Origin: Heterodontus francisci
Lineage: Eukaryota
Assembly (NCBI RefSeq): GCF_036365525.1
Contig: NC_090371.1
Location: 264,219,629 to 264,283,628 of the forward strand
Reading direction: 5' to 3'
DNA length: 64,000 nucleotides
In this document: one piece after another, positions 39,621 to 50,020 of the stretch
How positions within the stretch are numbered: position 1 is the first letter of the stretch
How the letters are laid out: every line of letters begins with the position of its first letter
Translations under genes and position numbers: made by a program
The notes under the pieces: model-generated
What the model saw: only the letters and a program-made list of their open reading frames with translations
What the model was told of the DNA's origin: nothing
Databases searched by the model: none

Positions 39621-40534
39621 GGCTTCGATATTTACCTCCCAAACCCCTCTCTCCCTGCCAACGACAGGCAGGACAGGGTCGGGAACAGGGGTTAAATGGC
39701 TAAGTGTGTGAAACATGACACCATCCCATTTCACACACGCCCATTGTCATTTCTCTGGTGGCGTCTGAGTGTTTTTGTGGCGTCTGAGTGTTCCACCACG
39801 GATTGGGAAATGGAAAGCGGGAGGTTGTCCTAGGATGGCAGTGGCCCAAATTTCCTTTGTGGGGCCTGGTCCTTCTAGTTTGGAAACTAAACTCATTTTA
39901 GCATCTAGCAAGAGGGCTTTCTGCATTGGCATGCATGACTGGTGAGAAAAACACAGGAAGCAATTCTGCCAGTGTACATATTCCACCTCAAATGGTTTAG
40001 ATTGTGATCATTTAGCAAAAATGCAGATGAACCAAGTCTTAATTAGTTGTACACATGCAGCCAGTTTAACTCCATCAGCCAAAAAAGAAAGCAACTGCAG
40101 AGTGAATTGGGAGCATCACCAAGCCAAGCTCTGTAACTGAGGTCCAGACAGAGCTGCTTCATGCCCATTTTTGGATCAGGTAAAATTGGAAATCTGTCAC
40201 AGTACTTTAATATTGTGGTATGAGAAATAGATCCACTCCCATTCCCAGGTGAGAATGGAGATGCTCTTAAATGTACATGCCAGCCTAGAAAACTAACAAA
40301 TGCTGACCATCAGTTTCATAAAAGCTAACAAGCCCATAAAAGCTGACAACTCCAAAACAGCCCTAAATATACAACTGTGAAATGTGTCAAAGCCAGTAAC
40401 TACATTGGATTAAGGTTTCTTATTATTAGAGGAGAAACAAAAGCCTTAAAGAATTAGAATTAGAATTAGAACATTACAGCGCAGTACAGGCCCTTCGGCC
40501 CTCGATGTTGCGCCGACCTGTGAAATCATCTGAC

Positions 40535-43424
40535 CTACACTATTCCATTTTCATCCATATGTCTATCCAATGACCACTTAAATGCCCTTAAAGTTGGCGA
40601 GTCTACTACTGCTGCAGGCAGGGCGTTCTGAGTAAAGAAACTACCTCTGACATCTGTCCTATATCTATCACCCCTCAACTTAAAGCTATGTCCCCTCATG
40701 TTTGCCATCACCATCCGAGGAAAAAGACTCTCACTATCCACCCTATCTAACCCTCTGATTATCTTATATGTCTCTATTAAGTCACCTCTCCTCCTCCTTC
40801 TCTCCAACGAAAACAACCTCAAATCCCTCAAACTTTCCTCGTAAGACCTTCCCTCCATACCAGGCAACATCCTAGTAAATCTCCTCTGCACCCTTTCCAT
40901 AGCTTCCACATCCTTCCTATAATGCGGTCACCAGAACTGCACGCAATACTCCAGGTGCGGTCTCACCAGAGTTTTGTACAGCTGCAGCATGACCTCGTGG
41001 CTCCGAAACTCGATCCCCCTACTAATAAAAGCTAACACACCATATGCCTTCTTAACAGCCCTATTAACCTGGGTAGCAACCTTCAGGGATTTATGCACCT
41101 GGACACCAAGATCTCTCTGTTCATCTGCACTACCAAGAATCTTCCCATTAGCCCAGTACTCTGCATTCCTGTTACTCCTTCCAAAGTGAATCACCTCGCA
41201 CTTTTCCGCATTAAACTCCATTTGCCATCTCTCAGCCCAGCTCTGCAACCGATCTATGTCCCTCTGTACCCTACAACATCCTTCGGCACTATCCACAACT
41301 CCACCGACCTTAGTGTCATCCGCAAATTTACTAACCCACCCTTCTACACCCTCTTCCAGGTCATTTATAAAAATGACAAACAGCAGTGGCCCCAAAACAG
41401 ATCCTTGCGGTACACCACTAGTAACTAAACTCCAGGATGAACATTTGCCATCAACCACCACCCTCTGTCTTCTTCCAGCTAGCCAATTTCTGATCCAAAG
41501 CTCTAAATCACCTTCAACCCCATACTTCCGTATTTTCTGCAATAGCCTACCGTGGGGAACCTTATCAAACGCCTTACTGAAATCCATATACACCACATCC
41601 ACTGCTTTACCCTCATCCACCTGTTTGGTCACCTTCTCAAAAAACTCAATAAGGTTTGTGAGGCACGACCTACCCGTCACAAAACCGTGCTGACTATCGC
41701 TAATGAACTTATTCTTTTCAAGATGATTATAAATCCTGTCTCTTATAACCTTTTCCAACATTTTACCCACAACCGAAGTAAGGCTCACAGGTCTATAATT
41801 ACCAGGGCTGTCTCTACTCCCCTTCTTGAACAAGGGGACAACATTTGCTATCCTCCAGTCTTCCGGCACTATTCCTGTCGACAATGACGACATAAAGATC
41901 AAGGACAAAGGCTCTGCAATCTCCTCCCTAGCTTCCCAGAGAATCCTAGGATAAATCCCATCTGGCCCAGGGGACTTATCTATTTTCACACTTTCCAAAA
42001 TTGATAACACCTCCCACCTCCTCCTTGTGAACCTCAATCCCATCTAGCCCAGTAGCCTGAATCTCAGTATTCTCCTCGACAACATTTTCTTTCTCTACTG
42101 TAAATACTGACGCAAAATATTCATTTAACACTTCCCCTATCTCCTCTGATTCCACACACAACTTCCCACTACTATCCTTGATTGGCCCTAATCTAACTCT
42201 AGTCATTCTTTTATTCCTGATATACCTATAGAAAGCCTTAGGGTTTTCCCTGATCCTATCCACCAATGGCTTCTCGTGTCCTCTCCTTGCTCTTCTTAGC
42301 TCTCCCTTTAGATCCTTCCTGGCTAGCTTGTAACTCTCAAGCGCCCTAACTGAGCCTTCACGTCTTACCCTAACATAAGCCTTCTTCTTCCTCTTGACAA
42401 GCGCTTCAACTTCTTTAGTAAACCACGGCTCCCTCGCTCGACAACTTCCTCCCTGCCTCACAGGTACATACTTATCAAGGACACGCAGTAGCTGCTCCTT
42501 GAATAAGCTCCACATTTCGATTGTTCCCATCCCCTGCAGTTTCCTTCCCCATCCTACGCATCCTAAATCTTGCCTAATCGCATCATAACTTCCTTTCCCC
42601 CAGCTATAATTTTTGCCCTGCGGTATATACCTGTCCCTGCCCATCGCTAAGGTAAACCTAACCGAATTGTGATCACTATCACCAAAGTGCTCACCTACAT
42701 CTAAATCTAACACCTGGCCGGGTTCATTACCCAGTACCAAATCCAATGTGGCATCGCCCCTGGTTGGCCTGTCTACATACTGTGTCAGAAAATCCTCCTG
42801 CACACACTGGACAAAAACTGACCCATCTAAAGTACTCGAACTATAGTATTTCCAGTCAATATTTGGAAAGTTAAGGTCCCCCATAGCAACTACCCTGTTA
42901 CTCTCGCCCCTGTCGAGAATCATCTTCGCTATCCTTTCCTCTACATCTCTGGAACTATTTGGAGGTCTATAAAAGACTCCCAACAGGGTGACCTCACCTC
43001 TCCTGTTTCTAACCTCGGCCCATACTACCTCAGTAGACGAGTCCTCAAACGTCCTTTCTGCCGCTGTAATACTCTCCTTGATTAACCATGCCACACCACC
43101 CCCTCTTTTACCATCTTCTCTGTTCTTACTGAAACATCTAAATCCCGGAACCTGCAACATCCATTCCTGCCCCTGCTCTACCCATGTCTCCGAAATGGCC
43201 ACTACATCGAGATCCCAGGTACCAACCCATGCTGCAAGCTCACCCACCTTATTCCGGATGCTCCTGGCGTTGAAGTAGACACACTTTAAACCAGGTTCTT
43301 GCTTGCCAGTGCCTTCTTGCATCCTTGTAACCTTATCCCTGACCTCACTACTCTCAACATCCTGTACACTGGCACTACAATTTAGGTTCCCATTCCCCTG
43401 CTGAATTAGTTTAAACCCCCCCAA
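40535..43424 (-). pseudogene. CR1 ORF2 (APE endonuclease + reverse transcriptase), disrupted
   Basis: NARSI, ISETW, GGGV, YRPP, GDLN, SDHN (41976-43424); frameshift near 42020; KSPGPDG, NYRPVSLTS, DFSKAFD, GVPQGSVLGP, FADD (40928-42043); premature stop at 40928; RGDLIETYK C-terminus (40535-40909). Confidence 0.93.
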
Positions 43425-44584
43425 AGAGCACTAGCAAATCTCCCCCCCAGGATATTGGTACCCCTCTGGTTCAGGTGAAGACCATCCTGTTTGTAGAGGT
43501 CCCACCTACCCCAGAAAGAGCCCCAATTATTCAGGAAACCAAAACCCTCCCTCCTGCACCATCCCTGCAGCCACGTGTTCAACTCCTCTCTCACCCTATT
43601 CCTCGCTTCGCTATCACGTGGCACGGGCAACAACCCAGAGATAACAACTCTGTTTGTTCTCGCTCTAAGCTTCCACCCTGGCTCCCTGAATTTCTGTCTT
43701 AAATCCCCATCTCTCTTCCTACCTATGTCGTTGGTGCTTATGTGGACCACGACTTGGGGCTGCTCCCCCTCCCCCTTAAGGATCCCAAAAACACGATCCG
43801 AGACATCACGAACCCTGGCACCTGGGAGGCAACATACCAACCGTGAGTCTCTCTCATTCCCACAGAACCTCCTATCTGTTCCCCTAACTATGGAGTCCCC
43901 AATGACTAATATAAAAGCAAAATACTGCGGATGCTGGAAATCTGAAACAAAAACAAGAAATGCTGGATTCACTCAGCAGGTCTGGCAGCATCTGTGGAAA
44001 GAGAAGCAGAGTTAACGTTTCGGGTCAGTGACCCTTCTTCGGAGGGTCACTTCGGAGGGTTCCGAAGAAGGGTCACTGACCCGAAACGTTAACTCTGCTT
44101 CTCTTTCCACAGATGCTGCCAGACCTGCTGAGTGAATCCAGCATTTCTTGTTTTTGTTTGCCCCAATGACTAATGCTCTGCTCCTCTTCCCCCTTCCCTT
44201 CTGAGCAACAGGGACAGACTCTGTGCCAGATACCTGTACCCCATTGCTTACCCCTGGTAAGTCGTCCCCCGCAACAGTATCCAAAACGGTATACCTGTTG
44301 TTGAGGGAAACGGCCACAGGGGATCCCTGCACTGCCTGCTGGTTCCCTCTCCTTCCCCTGACGGTAACACATCTACCTACTTCTTTTACCTGAGGTGTGA
44401 CTACCTCCCCATAACTCCTCTCAATAACCCCCTCCGCCTCCCGAATGATCAGAAGTTCATCCAGCTCCAGCTCCAGTTCCCTAACGCGGTTCTCGAGGAG
44501 CTGGAGTTGGGTGCACTTCCCGCAGATGCAGTCAGCAGGGACACTCTTGGTGACCCTTACCTCCCACATTCTGCAGGAGGAACA
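43406..44584 (-). pseudogene. CR1 ORF1 (Zn finger/coiled coil + SGNH esterase), split by an insertion
   Basis: CSSC..CGKC..LENRVRELE..SLNNRY..ALVIG | LVIGDSIVRG..CLPGA..STND..DGLHL. Confidence 0.9.
43911..44160. mobile_element. Penelope-like-element-derived palindromic insertion with 14-bp TSD and hammerhead-like cores
   Basis: Perfect 99-bp arms 43945-44043 / 44061-44159; TSD CCCCAATGACTAAT at 43897-43910 and 44161-44174; core CCGAAGA-AGGGTCACTGACCC-GAAACGTT. Confidence 0.85.
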
Positions 44585-44690
44585 GAAAAAGTACTTATAT
44601 TTATATAGCGCCTTTCTTGACCTCAGGATGTCCCAAAGCAATCGCCAGGCAATGAAGTGTATTCGCTGTTGTAATGTAGAAAACATAAAG
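44585..44690 (-). mobile_element. DeuSINE 3' tail fragment
   Basis: ATTTATATAGCGCCTTTCTTGACCTCAGGATGTCCCAAAGC. Confidence 0.75.
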
Positions 44691-44738
44691 CACTAGAAAG
44701 CCTGAAGGCAACATGCAGTTGTTGAAGATATACTGGGG

Positions 44739-44863
44739 GTGATATTGGTCTACACCAGTAGTGTGAAACTGATATCGCAATTTGGCAGCAGAAATTATGT
44801 AACACATCCTGTATTCTTTTTATTTTTAGCCCATTCTATACTACTGGTGTAGACCAATTTCAC
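44739..44863. repeat. 23-bp inverted repeat, small MITE-like unit
   Basis: GTGATATTGGTCTACACCAGTAG (44739-44761) vs CTACTGGTGTAGACCAATTTCAC (44841-44863), 22/23. Confidence 0.75.
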
Positions 44864-45562
44864 ATGCATTATACCCTGCCCACCACCTCCTCCCTCCCCC
44901 CCCCCCCCCACCCCCCCACATCACCTCTCCCAACCCCCGATTGTCCAGGGGAGATTGCAAACTGAGGTCCTATTACACCAATGCAGTTCCCACTAGGCAG
45001 AAGCAGGTGCGAAGGCAGAAGAGGTCCTGTCAGGTAGGTCTAAAACTTTCCTTTGTGGGGTCAGGAAGATTTTCACCTGCCTTATGGGTGGCAAATTTGA
45101 TGGCATTTAGGTGAAACTCCACAGTTAAAATACCCCAGGCCGAAGATTTAGGCCAGCAGATGAGTTTCACACTCATTCTGCCCACCTCACCACACTACCA
45201 CATCCATCCACTCACTTCTGGCCACCCCATCACCCGAAACCTGCTTGTGCTAAAATCGACCTCAGTGTTTTTAAATCATATTGAGACAAACTAATTTTAT
45301 TCACTCAGCAAATAACTTTTAATTCATTGCAATCAATCATTGTTTCCATTATTTCACAAATTACGTCGCAGTGAATGGCTAATTACAATTATTAATCACA
45401 ATACAATGATCATTTTTATAGTAATTAACTTGTTTAAACATATCATAGTGATTTATTTACTGTATTCATTTATATTATAATTAAGGAGATCAAAGCTCTG
45501 AAATTGACAATAACTTTACACTTTGCTTTGCTAATTTTGAATTAGGTACTTCCACTATCTAC

Positions 45563-45850
45563 CTTGGCTTGGTGAGAGTGCATATACCTCTGAGTCAGAA
45601 GGTTATTAGCTCAAGTCCAATTCCAGAGACTTAAGCACAAAAAATCTCAACTGACAAAGCTGTGCATGATTGAGGGTGTGCTCCCCTGTCAGTTGTGTTG
45701 GGTGTAATGTTAAAATGAAGGCTCTATCATGTGAACGCTGAATTGTAGAGTGCTTACAGCATAGAAGGAGGCCTGTTAACATATTGTGTTTATGCTGGCT
45801 CTCTAGAAGACCACTCACTTAGACCCATTCCTCTGCCTTTTCCACATCTC
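45563..45850. mobile_element. DeuSINE 5' fragment (+) followed by a CR1 tail fragment (-)
   Basis: CCTCTGAGTCAGAAGGTT..TCAAGTCC..CCAGAGACTT head, then TACAGCATAGAAGGAGGCC. Confidence 0.55.
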
Positions 45851-45999
45851 CCTGTTGAGTCATCGGTAGGTTTTAAAAGTGATTTGTTACTTACATGCTG
45901 AGAACTATATACAGCTTCATTCAAGTATGACTGATTTCTTTGTTGCATGCTGCTTCTTCTCCTCAAGTCTCTGTCATGTGATTTCTTACAATATCACAG

Positions 46000-46420
46000 T
46001 GGGAGATGTGCCAGATATTGACGCTTTCATCCCCTCCCAGGAAGACACTCCCCCACCCTCACTAACCCACACCCCCCACCCCTTCGCCAGGACCTGTCTG
46101 ACTGGCCTCACGACCCCAACCTCACTTACCTGTCCTGGGGTCTCCTTCTTCTTGGATGCTGCAGGGCCTCCTGCAGTACTGGCAGTGGCCACTGCTCCCA
46201 GTGACGCTGCTGGTACTGCAGAGCTGCCAGCCTTCTGATTGGCCGGCAGCTCTGGAGGTGGGAGATCGTCCCTTAAAGGGATGGTGTTCCGATGGTGGGC
46301 AGTTAATTGTCTGCCTGCCGTGGAATTGCTTCGGGAGTCCAATGGAGGGCCAAGGCAGATTCACACTCCCGCCTTCCGGCCCACCGCTGGGGCCCCCATC
46401 GCAAGAATAGAATTCAGCCC
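46000..46420. mobile_element. Harbinger-like MITE remnant (one TIR)
   Basis: Ends AATTCAGCCC at 46411-46420; GC-rich interior with motifs shared with 2737-3800. Confidence 0.55.
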
Positions 46421-47118
46421 TATGATTTCACACTACACAAAGTGTAGAGTTATGGAGCGCAAACTGCTATAACCCTATCAGTGAAAATATCATTTATACA
46501 CTGAATACCATACATATCTTACAGGTAAATGTGAGAAATGAGTAGAAAACACAGAGATATAATCAGAGGGGATTTCAACTACTCCAAAATAAACTGGCAA
46601 ATAGTAGAAGTAAAAGGGGAGCAGGGGGTGAATTTTTTTAGAGTGCATACAAAACTCCTTTCTGACCCAAAATATATGCAGTTCAACAAGGGAGGATGCG
46701 CAGGTTGGCCAAGCAATGAAAAATGATCTGGAACAGTTAAGTAAGTATGGGAGAACATCAGGGAAATAGTGATCTCAATATAATCATGTTTGATATAGTG
46801 GCTGAGAAAGATATGGATAGTATAAAGATGACAGTAATAGATGAGGGGAAAAAACAAACTATAAGAAACTGAGGGTTGAGCTGAGGAAGGAAAACTGAAG
46901 AGAAATATTGACAGAAGAAGTAGAATAACATTGGACAAAGGTCAATAGCATTTGGGCAAATATCAATAGAGTTTGGGAGAAATATATTCCAGTCAAAAAT
47001 AAGAATATACTGCCATAAATGGAATGCCATTAATAGTAGAGGTGAGGCTAATAATAAAGGCATGCATCAAGCACACATACCATAAAAAAGACAAAAGAGA
47101 GCTTTGGAAAATGTTGAA

Positions 47119-47370
47119 AAATAAAGACTTGCATTTATATAGCACCTTTCACAACATCAGGACATCCCAAAGCACTTTACAGCCAATGAAGTACTTTTGA
47201 AGTACTGTTGTAATGTAGGAAAGACAACAACCAATTTGCACACAGCAAGCTCCCACAGCTATGTGATTATGACCAGATAATCCGTTTGTAGTAATGTTAT
47301 TTGAGGAATAAATATTGGCCAAAACACTGAGGATAGCTTCCCTGCTCTTATTTGAAATAGTACCATGATT
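47119..47370 (-). mobile_element. DeuSINE 3' half
   Basis: AAAGACTTGCATTTATATAGCACC..CAATTTGCACACAGCAAGCTCCCACA..GACCAGATAATC. Confidence 0.8.
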
Positions 47371-48660
47371 TTTTTAATTCTTTCGTGGGATGTGGGTGTC
47401 GTTGGCTAGGCCATCCCTAATTGCCCTTGAGAAGGTGGTGGTGAGCGGCCTTCTTGAACCGTTGCAGTTCTTATGATGTTGGTACACCAACAGTGCTGTT
47501 AGGAAAGGAGTTTCAAGATTTTGACCCAGCATCAGTGAAGAAACGGCAATATAGTTCCAAATCAAGATGGTGTGTAGCTTGGAGGGGAACTTGCAGGTGG
47601 TGATGTTCCCATGCATCCTTGTCCTTCCAGGTGGTAGAGATCACCAGGTTGGAAGGTGCTGTCGAAGAAGCCTTGGTGAGTTGCTGCAGTGCATTTTATA
47701 GATGGTACACACTGCTGCCAATGTGTGTTGGTGATGAAGGGAGTGAATGTTAAAGGTGGTGGATGGGGTGCCAATCAAGTGGGCTGCTTTTTCCTGGTTG
47801 GTGTTGAGCTTCTTGAGTGTTGTTGGAGCTGCGCCCATCCAGGCAAGTGGAGCGTATTCCATCATACCCCTGTCTTTTGCCTTGTAGATGGTGGACAGGC
47901 ATTGGGGAGTCAGGAGGTGAGTTACCCACCACAGAATTTCCAGATTCTGACCTGCTCTTATAGCCACAGCATTTATGTGGTTGGTCCAGTTCAGTTTCTG
48001 GTCAATGGTAATCCCCAGGATGTTGATACTGGCGGATTCAGCGATGGTAATTCCATTGAACATCAAGGGGATATGGTTAGATTTCTCTCATGTTTGAGAT
48101 GGTCATTGCTTGGCACGTGTGAGATGCGACTGTTACTTGCCACTTATCAGTCCAAGCCTGGATGTTGTCCAGGTCTTGCTGCATCTGGACACGGACTGCT
48201 TCAGTATCTGAGGAGTTGTGAATGGTGCTGAACATTATGCAATCATCAGCAAACATCCCCACTTCTGACCTTATGGTGGAGGGAAGGTCATTGATGAAGC
48301 AGCTGAAGATGACTGGGCTTAGGACACTATTCTGAGGAATTCCAGCAGTCATCTCCTGGGACTGAGATGATTGACCTCCAACAACCACAACCATCTTCCT
48401 TTGTGCTAAGTATGACTCCAACCAGTGGAGTGTTTCCCCCTGATACCCATTGACTCCAATTTTGCTAGGGCTCCATGATGCCATACTCGGTCAAATGCTG
48501 CCTTGATGTCTCTCACCTCACCTCTGGCGTTCAGCCCTTTTGTCCATGTTTGGACCAAGGCTGTAATGAGGTTAGGAGCTGAGTGGCCCTGGTGGAACCC
48601 AAACTGAGTGTCATTGAGCAGATTATTGCTGAGCAAGTGCTGCTTGATAGCACTGTTGGT
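47371..48660 (-). mobile_element. CR1-group LINE of a second (Zenon-like) family, 5'-truncated
   Basis: QFGF, DIKAAFDRVWH, AGIPQNSVLSP..FINDL, MFADD, W..KWQV, LG.TID.KLNW..HI; frameshifted; the 3' UTR differs from the L3-type CR1 copies. Confidence 0.8.
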
Positions 48661-49167
48661 GACCCCAAGGCTGTTGACCTCCTCAGCGAGTTCCATCCAG
48701 GCTTGCTTGGTCAGACGGGAGGATCTCTTCTTGCCATCCCTGGGGAAGAGGACCTCCCGCCTTTCCTGGCAGTCTGGAGGAGACTGTCCAAGGAGACATT
48801 GCTAAACCGTGGGGCCACCTCTGCCAAAGTGCACCATCCTTCACCGGGGCAGGGAGTTGAGATCCAGGAGTTACCACACTGGGTCCAGCAACAATCCAGA
48901 ATCAGTAAATCTCTCAAAGGCAGCAATGCAAACAGGGCTGTCAGGGCTTTAATATGGTGCCTGCACCTGCACTAGAATCATATGACACCGTAATCAGCAC
49001 CTCGGAGCCCACCGCGTTGCGTAATTGGACAGGTCCCACACCTCCATTATAATAAGCGGTCACTTGCTGCCCAATTGAGATCGGTCGGTCGCATGCAACA
49101 CAGACGGCGACAGCACTCACTTCCGGGTTTGCTGCTAGGACCCCGGTGGAAACACTAAATTCAGCCC
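48661..49167 (-). mobile_element. Harbinger element end with Myb/SANT-like ORF start (pseudogene)
   Basis: TIR AAATTCAGCCC ending at 49167; minus translation APRFSNVSLDSLLQ..EVLFPRDGKKRSSRLTKQAWMELAEEVNSLGVT across one frameshift. Confidence 0.75.
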
Positions 49168-49311
49168 AACAAATGCAAAGGATGCATGCGACCTCACATT
49201 ACAGTCACTGAATTCGATTGCAGAGTGATTTAGCCCCATGGGCCCGACCTAACCTCTGTACAACGGACTCACTTTTAAAGCTGAGATCAAAAGCCATTAC
49301 ACCATACTTAC

Positions 49312-49440
49312 TCCATGACCTTCGATCTTGGTTTGATACTGATATACATCCACACCACATACCAGATAGGGTGGCATAACAGAAGTTCTTCTTAGAAGGA
49401 CAGAAAGAACTGTTGTCGCCAAACAGATATATACATCTAC
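49312..49440 (-). CDS. Candidate internal exon (129 nt) of an unidentified gene
   Basis: Acceptor TTTTAATCTACAG, donor GTAAGT; length divisible by 3; phase 0 reads VDVYICLATTVLSVLLRRTSVMPPYLVCGVDVYQYQTKIEGHG (phase 1 is also open). Confidence 0.4.
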
Positions 49441-49559
49441 CTGTAGATTAAAACTACTCAAGTCTATCTTGTATCACAACAGTTACAGCCTTGCAGATTT
49501 GGCTTGGTGATTTAAGCTGTCTTGGGACATTTTCCAGATATCACCCATTTCAACAGTTT

Positions 49560-49870
49560 CTGCAAACAGCAGTTCTGGTCTCCATACCACAAAAAAAGAT
49601 ATTGAAACACTGGGAAAAGTGCAAAAAGGATTTACAAGGATATTACCAGATTTGAGAGAAGATTATCAGGAAAGATTGTGCAAGCTTTGTGTTCTTTGCT
49701 TTGGAAAAGAGGAGACTAAGAGGACAGTTTCCATTTGTGGGTATGTCCAGAACAAGGGGGCATAAGTATAAGGTATCCACAAATGAAGAATTTAGGAGGA
49801 ATTTCCTTCAACAGTGTTGTGATAACATGGAACTCATTGCTATGTGGAGTGGTTAAAGCAGACAGCAGTG
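49560..49870 (+). mobile_element. Old CR1 ORF2 3' fragment
   Basis: QFWSP..KDI..L.KVQ..FTR-coding sequence and the later GHKYK and WNSL segments. Confidence 0.65.
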
Positions 49871-49877
49871 ACACATA

Positions 49878-50020
49878 CAAAAGCAAAAAACTGTAGATGC
49901 TGGAAATCTGAAACAAAACCAGAAAATATTGGAAATACTCAGTATGTCAGGCAGCATCTGCGAAGAGAAAAGCAGAGTTAATGTTTCAGGTCAGTGACCT
50001 TTCATCAGAACCTGTTCTGA
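49878..50020 (-). mobile_element. Penelope-like fragment with canonical hammerhead core
   Basis: Same family as 43911-44160; minus strand GTT-CTGATGA-AAGGTCACTGACCT-GAAACATTAAC. Confidence 0.75.

Larger units (their letters stand above)
40451..44584 (-). mobile_element. Young, nearly full-length CR1 LINE (ORF1 + ORF2), slightly 5'-truncated
   Basis: (ATTCTA)n 3' tail at ~40451-40470; long ORF2 and ORF1 blocks with few lesions. Confidence 0.95.

Noticed and set aside
44012-44686. 224-aa ORF as an independent gene
   Set aside because: Chimeric read-through of a DeuSINE tail, the CR1 ORF1 N-terminus and the Penelope insert.
45895-45970. Minus-strand exon candidate with GTAAGT donor
   Set aside because: The acceptor lacks a pyrimidine tract and the peptide is uninformative.
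48406-48696. Myb-RT fusion protein
   Set aside because: An accidental in-frame junction between a Harbinger Myb fragment and a truncated LINE; both are disrupted on either side.
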